From: Rhodocyclaceae bacterium
GTDB taxonomy: Bacteria > Pseudomonadota > Gammaproteobacteria > Burkholderiales > Rhodocyclaceae
Assembly: GCA_035345935.1 (NCBI GenBank)
Contig: DAORDK010000001.1
Coordinates: 4,242 to 68,241 of the forward strand
DNA length: 64,000 nt
Direction of reading: 5' to 3'
Shown here: piece after piece, positions 29,675-39,676 of the stretch
Layout: every line of letters starts with the position of its first letter
How positions within the stretch are numbered: the stretch's first letter is position 1
Notes under the pieces: model-generated
Told to the model about the DNA's origin: nothing
The model's database searches: none
What the model saw: only the letters and a program-made list of their open reading frames with translations
Translations under genes and position numbers: made by a program

Positions 29675-29775
29675 TTTGCCTCGAACTGCCTAGCGCTCTA
29701 GACGCTTGCGGCCAGGGGCGAATTGGCTGATTCCGTGTTATAACCGACGCCTTCAACGAGACCCGAGACCAGTCT

Positions 29776-31038
29776 GTGCCGTTCGGTTTCTACATCATCA
29801 TGGCCGCGCAGTTCTTTTCCGCGTTGGCCGACAATGCCCTGCTTATTGCCGCCATTGCGGCCTTGCGGGACATGCAAGCCCCGGCCGAATACGAACCCCT
29901 GCTCAAGACTTTCTTCACAGTTTCCTACGTTGTCCTCGCGGCATTCGTTGGAGCCTTTGCCGATTCGATGCCAAAGTGGCGCGTGATGTTCATCAGCAAC
30001 ACGATCAAGATCGTCGGGTGCGGCATGATGTTCTTTGCCGTTCATCCTCTGATCGCCTATGCCGTCGTGGGCCTGGGGGCGGCAGCCTACTCTCCGGCCA
30101 AGTACGGAATTCTGACCGAGTACCTTCCGCCGCGCCTATTGGTCGTCGCCAACGGGTGGATCGAAGGGCTCACGGTCAGCGCAATCATTCTCGGGGTGGT
30201 ATTCGGCGGGACCCTGATCAGACCCGACATCGCCACGACCCTCCTGGCCTTTGACTTTCCGGTCATCGACACCGGCATCACCACCGCAGGAGAAATGGCC
30301 ATCACCGTGGTCGGAGGCCTCTATGTCCTCGCCGCCATTTTCAATCTTTACGTCCCGGAAACCTCCGTCGATCACAAGCCCCTGAAGCACAATCCCTGGT
30401 ACCTGATCCATGAATTCAATCACTGCTTGGTACTCCTCTGGCGAGATAAGTTGGGTCAGGTTTCCCTCGCAGTGACTACGCTCTTCTGGGGTGCGGGCGC
30501 CACCCTCCAGTTCATCGTCATCAAGTGGGCGGAGGCTGCCTTGGGGCTGGACCTCTCCAAGTCCTCCATGCTGCAGGGAGTCGTCGCGGTGGGAGTCGCC
30601 GTCGGCGCGGCACTCGCGGCCCGCTTCATCACCCTGCGACGCTCGGTCAAGGTGATCCCGCTCGGCATCGCCATGGGATTGATCGTCCTGGTGATGAATT
30701 TCGTTCGCGACCTGGAACTGGCGGTCCCCCTGCTCATCCTCGTCGGCGGTCTGTCCGGGTTCTTCGTGGTGCCAATGAATGCACTCCTGCAGCACCGCGG
30801 GCACATTCTGATGGGAGCCGGCCATTCGATCGCAGTCCAGAATTTCAACGAGAACCTCTCGATTCTCGCGATGACCGGGCTCTACTACGCCATGATCAAG
30901 GCGGACCTGTCGATCTACGCAGTCATCACCCTTTTTGGCCTCTTCGTTTCCGGAATGATGTTCCTGGTCAAGCGGCTCCACGAGGCCAATCAGCGTCGCT
31001 ATGACGACGTAGCCCATCTCGACGACTCGGGGCACTGA
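29776..31038 (+). CDS. lplT: lysophospholipid transporter LplT (MFS)
   Basis: 420 aa with AAQFFSALADNALLIAA and GLGAAAYSPAKYGILTE blocks matching E. coli LplT. The track start is GTG at 29776, and the ATG at 29800 is an alternative. No aas gene is adjacent. Confidence 0.8.
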   Translation: MPFGFYIIMAAQFFSALADNALLIAAIAALRDMQAPAEYEPLLKTFFTVSYVVLAAFVGAFADSMPKWRVMFISNTIKIVGCGMMFFAVHPLIAYAVVGLGAAAYSPAKYGILTEYLPPRLLVVANGWIEGLTVSAIILGVVFGGTLIRPDIATTLLAFDFPVIDTGITTAGEMAITVVGGLYVLAAIFNLYVPETSVDHKPLKHNPWYLIHEFNHCLVLLWRDKLGQVSLAVTTLFWGAGATLQFIVIKWAEAALGLDLSKSSMLQGVVAVGVAVGAALAARFITLRRSVKVIPLGIAMGLIVLVMNFVRDLELAVPLLILVGGLSGFFVVPMNALLQHRGHILMGAGHSIAVQNFNENLSILAMTGLYYAMIKADLSIYAVITLFGLFVSGMMFLVKRLHEANQRRYDDVAHLDDSGH

Positions 31039-31078
31039 CCGCCCAGAAAGCTCGCTGGCTTCAAGGCGCAAGAGACCC

Positions 31079-31798
31079 TCAGGGAATCTGCCGCTCCCGC
31101 CCGGGTTCCTCCGCCAGGATGCGCCGAGCAAAGAGCAAGTCCTCCCAGGCCTTGGCCTTGTCCGGAAGATTGCGCAGCAGATAGGCCGGATGGTAAGTCA
31201 CCACGACGGGGATTCCCCGGTACTCATGGCGATGGCCGCGCAGTGCCGAAATGGCCCGATCTCCCCCTAGCACGGTCGCGGCGGCCGGTCGGCCAAGGAC
31301 GACGATGATGCGGGGGCGCAGCAACTCGATCTGCTTCTCCAGGAACGGGTGGCAGGCGGCCAGCTCATCGGAACCCGGCGTACGGTTTCCCGGGGGGCGG
31401 CACTTCACCGCATTGGCGATATAGACTTTCTCTCCCCGCCTGAGCTCAATGGCAGCCAGCATGGCGTCGAGCAGCTTTCCTGCTTGCCCGACGAAGGGCT
31501 CGCCCTTGACATCTTCTTCGGCCCCGGGCCCCTCGCCCACGAAAAGCCAATCCGGATTCCGGTCCCCAACCCCGAGAACTGCCTGAGTTCTCTGCTTGCA
31601 CAGGACACAAGCCCGGCAATCGGCAACCTGCTTGGCGAGAACAAGCCATTGCGTTCCCAGATCGGGCGAACTCTCGACCGGCGAGGGCGTCGCCACGGCA
31701 TCGCCCTGGGAAAGCTCCCCAACCGGCTCCTCGTTCCGCAGTCGCCAGCGTGGGGTGATTCCCATCTCGGCAAGGAGCGAATCCCGGTTCGGCATCAT
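31079..31798 (-). CDS. uracil-DNA glycosylase, family 4
   Basis: Contains a Cys cluster (C..C..C), the GEGPG(A)EED motif and NAVKCRPPGNR. It is the last gene of a tsaB-rimI-udg string. Confidence 0.85.
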   Translation of the reverse strand: MMPNRDSLLAEMGITPRWRLRNEEPVGELSQGDAVATPSPVESSPDLGTQWLVLAKQVADCRACVLCKQRTQAVLGVGDRNPDWLFVGEGPGAEEDVKGEPFVGQAGKLLDAMLAAIELRRGEKVYIANAVKCRPPGNRTPGSDELAACHPFLEKQIELLRPRIIVVLGRPAAATVLGGDRAISALRGHRHEYRGIPVVVTYHPAYLLRNLPDKAKAWEDLLFARRILAEEPGRERQIP

Positions 31799-32262
31799 AG
31801 ATCCCTTGCCATTACGATGGCATCTTCTCTGCCGGCCAGCGCGGGGTAGTACCCCCGACGAAGGCCGATACGGGAAAAGCCGAAATCCTTGTAAAGCTTC
31901 ATGGCTCGTTCATTCGAGGCCCTGACCTCCAGAAGAAAGCGCCGCGCACCCACGAGACGGGCATTATCCATAGCCGTCTGCAACAGCCTGGCCCCGACGC
32001 CGTGCCCCTGCTGGGAACGTCCTACGCCCAGGTTGAGAAGATGCGCTTCGTCGATCACGCTCATGACCACCGAGAAGCCGACCACGACGCCACCCAGGAG
32101 TGCGACCCAGACGCTATGACCGGCAGCGATGGAATCAGCAAAATGCCCCTTCGACCATGGAAAAGCCTGCAAACCCGCCTCCAGAGCAGTCACCGCATCC
32201 AATTGCGCTTCCGAAGCCGGCTCCAATTCCAGCCGCTGATGCCATTGAGCCGCGGCCGTCAA
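31795..32262 (-). CDS. rimI: ribosomal-protein-alanine N-acetyltransferase (GNAT)
   Basis: 155 aa with the GNAT acetyl-CoA motif RSQQGHGVGARLL. The TTG start forms a TTGA overlap with the tsaB stop. Confidence 0.82.
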   Translation of the reverse strand: MTAAAQWHQRLELEPASEAQLDAVTALEAGLQAFPWSKGHFADSIAAGHSVWVALLGGVVVGFSVVMSVIDEAHLLNLGVGRSQQGHGVGARLLQTAMDNARLVGARRFLLEVRASNERAMKLYKDFGFSRIGLRRGYYPALAGREDAIVMARDL

Positions 32263-32945
32263 GCCCGGCCCCCGGCAGCCAACCGCTCGGCCACCGTTCG
32301 CGCCACCTTGTTCCTCACGTAGCGGGGTGCCGCTTCAGCCGGATCAATTCCGCCTTGGCGAGGGAATCGCTGCACAGCCAAAGCGGCCACGGCCTCGGCA
32401 TCCGGAAAGAGGTTGGCATCAAGCGCGTAGCCGGCAGCAGATGCACGGCCAGCCAGCCCAGGATAGGCGATGAGGGCATTGCCTGCTGCCTGCCAAAAGC
32501 CTTCCGGAAGGTCCAGGACATCCGGAGATGCCACCCCCAGCGCGTCCACCAACTCAACGTCGCCTCCTATCCGCCGGAAGGCTCCCCAATACACTTCCTC
32601 CATGCGCGCATCGACGAGGGCCAGCACTGCGTCTCCCCCAGCCCGCCAAGCGAGGGCATCGAGGCTGCCCACAGCCACCAAGGGAACTCCAGCGCCCACG
32701 GCAAGACCCTGAGCGGCACCGCAGGCGACCCGCAGACCCGTGAACGCACCGGGGCCACTGCCAAAGGCAATGGCATCGAGATCGGGCAGCACAGCGCCTG
32801 CCTCTTGCAGCAGTTCCTGCACCAAGGGCAGGAGGGTTTCGCTATGCGGCCGGCCGCTTGGGCAATTTCGCACCAAGACGCGACCGTCGAGCCAAAGTGC
32901 GCACGAACCCATCTCGGTCGAAGTTTCCAGGGCCAATAGTTTCAT
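32259..32945 (-). CDS. tsaB: tRNA threonylcarbamoyladenosine biosynthesis protein TsaB
   Basis: 228 aa from the ATG at 32945 (MKLLALETSTEMGSCAL), with a later GPGAFTGLRV block. The upstream 44-codon track extension was discarded. Confidence 0.88.
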   Translation of the reverse strand: MKLLALETSTEMGSCALWLDGRVLVRNCPSGRPHSETLLPLVQELLQEAGAVLPDLDAIAFGSGPGAFTGLRVACGAAQGLAVGAGVPLVAVGSLDALAWRAGGDAVLALVDARMEEVYWGAFRRIGGDVELVDALGVASPDVLDLPEGFWQAAGNALIAYPGLAGRASAAGYALDANLFPDAEAVAALAVQRFPRQGGIDPAEAAPRYVRNKVARTVAERLAAGGRA

Positions 32946-32979
32946 CGGCCGCCATTGTACCGGACGCCCCTCCAGCACC

Positions 32980-33834
32980 CTATTCGGGCAATCCGAGGAG
33001 GAAAACGAGGGAATCGAGGAGCGGCCCGGGTTTCGAAATCGCCCCGAACCAGCGATCGTAAATCTCGAACAATTCACCGGTACGATAGATGCGAGCCAGC
33101 TCGGTATCGACCGCCAGGCGGAAATCGGGATCGTCGCGCCGCATCATCAGCGCATAGGGCTCGTATGAGAACATCTCGCTCCCCACTTGCCAGGAATCCT
33201 GCTTGCCGGCCGCAAGCACCAGTCCCGCCAAGAGCCCACGATCGGAAGCGTAGGCATCAATCTTGCCCTCGTTCAGCAGCTTCAGACCGTCGGCGTGATC
33301 CTTGACCAGGACAAGTTCGGTGGCAAATAGACCTCTTTCCATCGCCGATTTGAGCGTACGCTGGGTAGTCGTCTCTGCGGCAACCCCGGTACGGCGCCCC
33401 TTAAGGTCCGCCAGCGAAGCAATCCCAGACGCCTTGCCCGCGATATAGCTACCCCCGTCGGCAAAAGTCAGCAAACTGAAATCGACCTCCTTGCGGCGGC
33501 TCAGAGTCGCCGTCGTCGATCCGCACTCCAGATCGATGACGCCTTTCTTGAGCAGCTTGACCCGGGTTCCCGGCTCCACGCGTACCCATTTGATCTCCAG
33601 CTTAGCTAGCTTCAGGCGGTCCTGGATCGCCCGCGCCACCTTGGTGCACAGCTCGACGGAGTAGCCTATCGGTTGCCCGCCCTCTCCCACGTAGGAAAAG
33701 GGGACCGACGCCTCGCGATAGCCCATGGAAATAGATTTGCGGGCCTTGATCCGCTGCAGGGTATCTGCCGAAGCTGCGGGAACGGCAAGCGCGATCGCGG
33801 CCGCGGCGGCCGCCAGGAAGCGTAGTCTGAACAT
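32980..33834 (-). CDS. amino-acid ABC transporter substrate-binding protein (family 3 SBP, Glu/Asp-type)
   Basis: 284 aa with a signal peptide (MFRLRFLAAAAAAIALAVPAASA) and type-2 PBP blocks (GYREASVPFSY, DLECGSTT). No cognate permease is adjacent. Confidence 0.82.
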   Translation of the reverse strand: MFRLRFLAAAAAAIALAVPAASADTLQRIKARKSISMGYREASVPFSYVGEGGQPIGYSVELCTKVARAIQDRLKLAKLEIKWVRVEPGTRVKLLKKGVIDLECGSTTATLSRRKEVDFSLLTFADGGSYIAGKASGIASLADLKGRRTGVAAETTTQRTLKSAMERGLFATELVLVKDHADGLKLLNEGKIDAYASDRGLLAGLVLAAGKQDSWQVGSEMFSYEPYALMMRRDDPDFRLAVDTELARIYRTGELFEIYDRWFGAISKPGPLLDSLVFLLGLPE

Positions 33835-33937
33835 CTTATCCCCCGAGGAATTGGCGAACTGCTACGGTGCCACAAGGTCTCGACCAGAGCAATCCCGCTG
33901 TCCTACCCCGCCCCGAGGCCCTCCCATCAGCCGACGA

Positions 33938-34306
33938 TCAGTACCAGCCGCCACGCCTTCCGCGCCCGCGCTGATCCCTCATTTCCTCCCGCAAACGATA
34001 CCGCTCTTCCTGGGAGATGGGGGTCGCCGGGCGAGGCTGGCGGGCGGATTCGATATTTTCCGGTGGGTTCCGTCGCCATTCCTCGCGCATCTGCTCACGC
34101 ATCTGCTCACGCTGCTCCCGCGGCAGCCGGGCCAACTCGATAAGCTCCCTCGGTAGCAAACGACTTGGCCGCTCTCGCAGTTCCTGGATGAGTACATTGA
34201 GTTGCACCGCGCGGGTATCGTCGGGAATGTCTGCGCGCGCGCCTACGGCTCCGGCAGCCATTAGCGCGACCAGCATCCATTTCGCTCGCTTCGCTTTTCC
34301 GATCAT
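33938..34306 (-). CDS. secreted Arg/Glu-rich low-complexity protein (function unknown)
   Basis: 122 aa from the ATG at 34306, which is preceded by aaggag. It has the signal peptide MIGKAKRAKWMLVALMAAGAVGARA and a mature part rich in R/E/Q (REQREQMREQMREEWRR...RGRGRRGGWY). It is divergent from ompR. Confidence 0.55.
   Translation of the reverse strand: MIGKAKRAKWMLVALMAAGAVGARADIPDDTRAVQLNVLIQELRERPSRLLPRELIELARLPREQREQMREQMREEWRRNPPENIESARQPRPATPISQEERYRLREEMRDQRGRGRRGGWY
34086..34117. repeat. 12-nt tandem repeat (cgcatctgctca x2 plus a partial third copy)
   Basis: Read directly from the sequence. It encodes the REQMREQMREQ segment of the R/E-rich protein. Confidence 0.85.
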
Positions 34307-34492
34307 TCTCGACTCCTTGGCCAATTCCTCCGGCCTCAGGCGCATTGTCTCCCACCGCGCCCCGCACTATGTCCGAAAGCAGGACGCGAAGTGTAACGAC
34401 CTGTTGCAGGGACCGGGCTGGCGAAAAGCTTGTTACCATTGACTGGCAGTCTCCCAGTCGTTCTTTCCGTCGCCGCCATTATTCTAGTTGCC

Positions 34493-35218
34493 ATGACCGA
34501 ACGCCAATATCGCATTCTCGTCGTCGATGACGACATCCGCCTGCGGGATCTGCTCTCCCGCTATCTCGGCGAACAAGGATTCGAAGTACGGGCTGTCGCG
34601 GACGCGCCTCAGATGGACCGCGCCCGCACGCGGGAACACTTCGATTTGATCGTCCTCGACCTCATGCTCCCCGGCGAAGACGGCTTGACCATCTGCCGCC
34701 GGCTTCGGGGCACCGGCGACGGGACTCCCATCGTCATGCTGACCGCCAAGGGCGAGGACATCGACCGCATCGTGGGTCTGGAGATGGGCGCCGACGATTA
34801 CCTGCCTAAGCCGTTCAATCCTCGAGAACTGTTGGCGCGTATCCACGCCGTCCTCCGCCGGCAGGGCAGTACACCGCCCGGAGCGCCAGAGGTCGAGGCA
34901 GAAACCATCGCTTTCGGTCAGGTGGAAGTGGATATGGCCGCCCGTACCCTGAAGCGTGGCGAAGAGACCCTCGCGCTGACCACCGGCGAATTTGCCGTCC
35001 TTAAGGTGCTCCTCCAGCATCCCCGGGAGCCTCTCTCGCGGGATAAGTTGATGACCCTGGCCCGGGGGCGCGAACAAGGCCCCTTCGATCGGGCCATCGA
35101 CGTCCAGATTTCCCGCCTGCGCAAGCTGGTCGAACTCGATCCTGCCCAGCCCCGTTACATTCAAACCGTCTGGGGATTCGGTTACGTCTTCGTCCCGGAT
35201 GGCAAACACAGGGACTGA
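34493..35218 (+). CDS. ompR: two-component response regulator, OmpR family
   Basis: 241 aa from the ATG at 34493 (MTERQYRILVVDDD). It has a REC domain plus a winged-helix C-terminus (IQTVWGFGYVF) and is followed by an EnvZ-like kinase. Confidence 0.9.
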   Translation: MTERQYRILVVDDDIRLRDLLSRYLGEQGFEVRAVADAPQMDRARTREHFDLIVLDLMLPGEDGLTICRRLRGTGDGTPIVMLTAKGEDIDRIVGLEMGADDYLPKPFNPRELLARIHAVLRRQGSTPPGAPEVEAETIAFGQVEVDMAARTLKRGEETLALTTGEFAVLKVLLQHPREPLSRDKLMTLARGREQGPFDRAIDVQISRLRKLVELDPAQPRYIQTVWGFGYVFVPDGKHRD

Positions 35219-35236
35219 AGTCCCCGCCCCCGCGCG

Positions 35237-36556
35237 ATGAAGCTTCCCGGATCGCTGCTCGCGCGCACGTTCTTTCTGATCGCCGCCCTCGTCCTACTGA
35301 CCACGGCATCGTGGCTCGTACTCTTCGAACGGGCCGAAGCCGAACCCAGGGCAAGGGAGACCGCACAACTCGCCTCGAGCACCGTCAACCTGATCCGGGC
35401 TGCCCTGCTCGCGTCTGCTCCCGAGCGGCGCCCGGACCTCTTCGTCGAACTGATGACCCGAGAGGGAATTCGCCTGCTGCCCGCCGAACCGGGTGACCAA
35501 CTGGAGCCGCTCCCCAATGACCGCTTCATCGCCTTGGTCAGGGAACGCATCGAAGCCTTGCTGGGCAGCCACACCCGGCTATCCCTGGCAGTCAACGAAG
35601 TACCGGGTTTCTGGGTCAGTTTCCGGCTGGAAGACGAGGACGAAGACGAGTACTGGCTCATCCTTCCCCAAGAGCGGGCACTCCGGACCTTCGGCTGGCA
35701 CTGGCTGGCCTGGGGACTGGTCGCCCTGGCACTGGCGCTGGGGGTTGCCTGGTACATGGCCTCCCGCATCACCAAACCGTTGAAGGCGCTTGGAACAGCA
35801 GCTTCCGCCGTGGGGCGCGGCCTGACTCCGGAGGTCCTCCCGGAAAGCGGAGCCGACGAGTTGCGCCATCTCGCCGCAGCCTTCAATCGCATGGCTGCCG
35901 ACCTGGCCCGCCACGACCGTGACCGGGCCGAGGTCCTCGCCGGAATCTCCCACGATCTGCGCACCCCGCTCACCCGCCTGCGCCTGGAAGCCGAATTGAG
36001 CATCGCCTCGGAGACGGCAAGAGATGCCGTTTCCGCCGACATCGACCAGATGGAGGCCGTCATCGCCCAGTTCATGGACTATGCCCGCGGCGATGGCGGC
36101 GAGGTTCCGATTCCCTTGCATCTGGATGCCCTCTTGGCGGACGTGATCGGCAGGCAGCGGGCGCTAGGCCGGGAACTGGGTGGCAAGATCGAGAATCTGC
36201 CTCCCTGCGTCGGCCGGCCACGGGCACTGAGCCGGGCCGTGACCAACCTCATCGACAATGCATACAAGTACGGAGCTGCGCCGGTGGACGTCTATGCCCG
36301 CCGGGAAGGCAGGCGATTGGTCGTCGAGGTCGCCGACCGGGGCGAAGGCATCCCACCGGACGAGGCGGAGGGGCTCAAACGCCCCTTCGCACGCCGCGAT
36401 AGCGCCCGCAGCAATGCCACCGGCACCGGGCTCGGACTCGCCATCGTGGAGCGCACGGTACGGCTGCACGGCGGCAGTCTTGAGCTGCTTCCCCGCGAAG
36501 GCGGCGGACTGCTGGCCCGAATCAGCCTGGATTTGGCAGAGGCCAGCGGCCAATGA
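35237..36556 (+). CDS. envZ: EnvZ-like osmosensor histidine kinase
   Basis: 439 aa with two TM segments and HAMP, the H-box AGISHDLRTPLTR, and N/G boxes ([26 protein letters not shown]). Confidence 0.85.
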   Translation: MKLPGSLLARTFFLIAALVLLTTASWLVLFERAEAEPRARETAQLASSTVNLIRAALLASAPERRPDLFVELMTREGIRLLPAEPGDQLEPLPNDRFIALVRERIEALLGSHTRLSLAVNEVPGFWVSFRLEDEDEDEYWLILPQERALRTFGWHWLAWGLVALALALGVAWYMASRITKPLKALGTAASAVGRGLTPEVLPESGADELRHLAAAFNRMAADLARHDRDRAEVLAGISHDLRTPLTRLRLEAELSIASETARDAVSADIDQMEAVIAQFMDYARGDGGEVPIPLHLDALLADVIGRQRALGRELGGKIENLPPCVGRPRALSRAVTNLIDNAYKYGAAPVDVYARREGRRLVVEVADRGEGIPPDEAEGLKRPFARRDSARSNATGTGLGLAIVERTVRLHGGSLELLPREGGGLLARISLDLAEASGQ

Positions 36557-37085
36557 TTTCGTAACCCGCTCCGCGGGACGACAACTTCGAACGGACCAAT
36601 ACGAATTCCCGACAGTCCCAACGGATGGGCACCATCTCCGGAAGCTTGGCGGGCGGCTCCGGCGTCCTGCGCGCCAAGGTGACGTGAGGTACAAAACGGC
36701 GGCCGGCGTCGGAGAGCGAGAAACCGGCGGCGGCCAGTCCTTTGCGCAAATGATCGACCAGTTCCAGGAGCGCGGGAGGCGCTGCTCCTCCCGCCCACAG
36801 GATGCGATTGTGCCGCCAGTAGCCGAGGTGAGCGACGGTCCAAGTAAAACCCTTGCTATCCGCCGCTCCGGCAATCCGGTCAAGCTCCGCGAGTCGGTCA
36901 CCGTCCACCTCGCCGAGAAAGGCGAGGGTCAGATGGAGGGTTTCCGGACGGCTGACGCGCCCCCCCTGGACCCGGGACACCGCTTCGCCCAGGGCGTAGA
37001 CGACGGAGGCGTCGGGCCACAATGCAAAAAACAGGCGCTGGCCGGCCTCCGGTACCGACTTAGGAGGCATGCCATCACCCGGCAT
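36522..37085 (-). CDS. thpR: RNA 2',3'-cyclic phosphodiesterase (2H phosphoesterase, ThpR/LigT)
   Basis: Two HxT/S motifs are present ([11 protein letters not shown] and PHVTLARR). The start is either the ATG at 37085 (11-nt overlap with ispF) or the ATG at 37070. The 3' end overlaps the envZ 3' end by 35 nt (convergent). Confidence 0.8.
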   Translation of the reverse strand: MPGDGMPPKSVPEAGQRLFFALWPDASVVYALGEAVSRVQGGRVSRPETLHLTLAFLGEVDGDRLAELDRIAGAADSKGFTWTVAHLGYWRHNRILWAGGAAPPALLELVDHLRKGLAAAGFSLSDAGRRFVPHVTLARRTPEPPAKLPEMVPIRWDCREFVLVRSKLSSRGAGYEIIGRWPLPNPG

Positions 37086-37557
37086 GCTCCACCAGCACGA
37101 CGGCCTGGGCCTCGATGGCTTCGCCGCGGCCCAAGTAGCCGAGGGTTTCGTTGGTCTTGGCTTTCACATTGACCGCCTCGGGCGTTAGCCCCAGGTCCGC
37201 CGCGATCGTGGCGACCATGGCCGGGACGTAGGCCGCCAGTTTGGGCGCCTGGGCGATGACGGTGGCGTCTGCATTGACGGGCTGCCAGCCGGACGCCCGA
37301 ACCCGCCGCACCGCTTCACGCAGCAATTCCCGACTGTCCACCCCGGCGAAGCGCGGGTCGGTGTCCGGGAAGTGGCGGCCGATGTCGCCCAACCCGGCGG
37401 CCCCCAGCAGCGCATCGGTCAGGGCATGCAAAAGGGCGTCCGCATCGGAATGGCCCAGCAGTCCCTTGCCGTGGGGAATTTCGACCCCGCCGAGGATCAG
37501 CTTGCGACCCTCCGCCAGACGATGGACGTCGTAACCCTGCCCGATTCTGATTTTCAT
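37075..37557 (-). CDS. ispF: 2-C-methyl-D-erythritol 2,4-cyclodiphosphate synthase
   Basis: 160 aa containing [14 protein letters not shown]...[11 protein letters not shown]...DIG. Confidence 0.96.
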   Translation of the reverse strand: MKIRIGQGYDVHRLAEGRKLILGGVEIPHGKGLLGHSDADALLHALTDALLGAAGLGDIGRHFPDTDPRFAGVDSRELLREAVRRVRASGWQPVNADATVIAQAPKLAAYVPAMVATIAADLGLTPEAVNVKAKTNETLGYLGRGEAIEAQAVVLVEHAG

Positions 37558-38240
37558 CGCCTTCCCCGCAAGATACCCTCGGCGATGGCGAGATCCGCCG
37601 GGTAAGTGACTTTGAGATTGCTGCCTTCTCCGCGAACCAGCTTGGGCCGATGTCCTAGTGCCTCGATCGCCCCAGCCTCGTCGGTCACTTCACCAGAGGC
37701 GGCCAAGGCCTGCTTCAACAGCCCAAAACGGAACATCTGTGGCGTTTGTGCCTGCCAAAGGCCATCCCGGGGTTCGGTGGCCGCCGCCCGCCCCTCGGCG
37801 TCAGCCCGCTTCAGAGTATCGGCGACTGGAACAGCCAGCAAACCGCCCACCGGATCGTCGGCCAATTGCTCGACCAATTCTTCGACGAGGGCGGGGGTCA
37901 AGCAAGGGCGTGCAGCGTCATGCACCAGGATCCAGTCGTCCGATGCCGCCGCGAATGCTGCCGCCCGCAGTCCGTTGGCGACACTCTCGGCCCGGCTTAC
38001 ACCGCCACAGCGCAAGGTCTCCAGCTTGGGACCGAGGTCAGACCAGTCGCGGTGGCCCCAGATTTCGTCGTCCGGTGCCAAAACCACCCAGACCCGCTCG
38101 ATCGCCGGGCAAGCGCAGAGTGCCGCCAGGGTGTGGTGGATGAGCGGAAGACCGAGGAGGGGCAAGTATTGCTTGGGCGTTGGGGCGCCGAAACGGGAAC
38201 CGCTGCCGGCGGCGGGGACGATTGCGAAATGACGGGCCAT
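37554..38240 (-). CDS. ispD: 2-C-methyl-D-erythritol 4-phosphate cytidylyltransferase
   Basis: 228 aa with [11 protein letters not shown], and a 4-nt overlap with ispF. Confidence 0.95.
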   Translation of the reverse strand: MARHFAIVPAAGSGSRFGAPTPKQYLPLLGLPLIHHTLAALCACPAIERVWVVLAPDDEIWGHRDWSDLGPKLETLRCGGVSRAESVANGLRAAAFAAASDDWILVHDAARPCLTPALVEELVEQLADDPVGGLLAVPVADTLKRADAEGRAAATEPRDGLWQAQTPQMFRFGLLKQALAASGEVTDEAGAIEALGHRPKLVRGEGSNLKVTYPADLAIAEGILRGRR

Positions 38241-38322
38241 GGCGTAATTTTAAAGGGAGAGGCCGCAAAATTCCGGGAATTCGTGGCCTATCCAGTCGCT
38301 TTCACGCCCCCGGGGAGATTCT

Positions 38323-39135
38323 ATGGTATCTGCCGCGATCCGCCCGCCCGCCGTCGCCGGCGCGTTCTATCCCGGCGATGCGCAGTCCCTGGCCGATGGG
38401 GTTTGCCGCCTCCTTGCCGGAGCCATTCCGGAAGCTCCGGCCCCCAAAGCCTTGATCGTTCCTCACGCCGGCTACGTCTATTCCGGGGGCACCGCCGCCG
38501 CAGCGTACCGCCTCCTGCGGCCGATCCGCTCCTTGGTGCGCCGAGTAATCCTTCTGGGCCCCGCCCATCGGGTCGCGGTGCGCGGTCTGGCGGTTCCCGC
38601 AGCAGCGTATTTCTCGACACCCCTGGGGGCTGTGCCGATCGATCGGGATGCCTTGGCAGCGCTCACCGATCTGCCCCAGGTCGTGGTGAGCGACGCTGCC
38701 CACGCCCCCGAGCATTCGCTGGAGGTCCAGTTGCCTTTCCTGCAGACGGCCCTCGCCGATTTTCGGCTGGTTCCCTTCGCCGTCGGCCATTGTTCGCCGG
38801 CCGCCGTGGCCCAGGTACTCGACCGGCTATGGGGCGGCACAGAGACGCTGGTCGTCGTCAGCTCCGATCTTTCCCACTACCTCTCCTATCGCGAGGCGGA
38901 AGCGATCGACTCGACGACCTGCGGCCGCATCCTTGAACTTTCGCCGGATATCGACACCCAGGAAGCCTGTGGTGCCTACCCGATCAACGGATTGCTGATC
39001 GCCGCCAGGCGCCACGGCCTGCGGCCCAGCCTCGTGCAGCGCTGCAATTCCGGCGATACCGCCGGTGATCGCAGCCGGGTGGTCGGCTACGCGGCCTTCG
39101 CCTTTCTGCCAGACGAGGAATCCATGCATGACTGA
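38323..39135 (+). CDS. amrB: AmmeMemoRadiSam system protein B (Memo-like)
   Basis: 270 aa with the Memo family blocks RPPAVAGAFYP, LIVPHAGYVYSG and HSLEVQLPFL. A ggggag SD lies before the ATG. Confidence 0.85.
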   Translation: MVSAAIRPPAVAGAFYPGDAQSLADGVCRLLAGAIPEAPAPKALIVPHAGYVYSGGTAAAAYRLLRPIRSLVRRVILLGPAHRVAVRGLAVPAAAYFSTPLGAVPIDRDALAALTDLPQVVVSDAAHAPEHSLEVQLPFLQTALADFRLVPFAVGHCSPAAVAQVLDRLWGGTETLVVVSSDLSHYLSYREAEAIDSTTCGRILELSPDIDTQEACGAYPINGLLIAARRHGLRPSLVQRCNSGDTAGDRSRVVGYAAFAFLPDEESMHD

Positions 39136-39676
39136 CCTGGGCTCCTCCCTCCTGGCTCTGGCCAGGGGAGCCATCGAAGCGACCCTGGGCCTGCCCGTTT
39201 CTGCAGTGGCCGAATCGCCGATCTTGCGCGAGCCAGGCGCCACCTTTGTCACCCTCACCCGGCAAGGCGAATTGCGCGGCTGCATAGGGAGCCTGGAAGC
39301 CCACCGTCCCCTCGCCGACGATGTGCGGGAAAATGCGCGGGCCGCTGCTTTCCGCGATCCTCGTTTCCCGGCGCTGACCCTGCAGGATTGGCCGAAGATC
39401 CGGGTTGAAGTCTCCCTGCTCTCTTCCCCCCAACGCGTAGACGTCGCGAATGAAAAGGAGCTCATTGCCTCCCTGCAGCCCGGCATCGACGGGTTGATCT
39501 TCACCGCCGGCCACCGCCGGGCAACTTTTCTGCCCCAGGTCTGGGAGCAGTTGCCCCAACCGACGGAGTTTCTCGCACGACTTCGCCAAAAGGCCGGATT
39601 GCCTGCCGCCTACTGGGGGCCTGACGTCGTCGTCGAGCGCTACACCGTCGATAAATGGAAGGAAGCCGAAGGATGA
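39128..39676 (+). CDS. amrA: AmmeMemoRadiSam system protein A (AMMECR1 domain)
   Basis: 182 aa from the ATG at 39128 (8-nt overlap with amrB). It has the AMMECR1 blocks GATFVTL...GELRGCIGS and the later FLPQVW. Confidence 0.85.
   Translation: MTDLGSSLLALARGAIEATLGLPVSAVAESPILREPGATFVTLTRQGELRGCIGSLEAHRPLADDVRENARAAAFRDPRFPALTLQDWPKIRVEVSLLSSPQRVDVANEKELIASLQPGIDGLIFTAGHRRATFLPQVWEQLPQPTEFLARLRQKAGLPAAYWGPDVVVERYTVDKWKEAEG

Noticed and set aside
36522-36556. Convergent 3'-end overlaps (envZ/thpR 35 nt; modC/sirtuin 26 nt at 55885-55910) considered as antisense regulatory arrangements.
   Set aside because: Short convergent overlaps are common in compact high-GC genomes, and nothing else in the sequence points to a special function.
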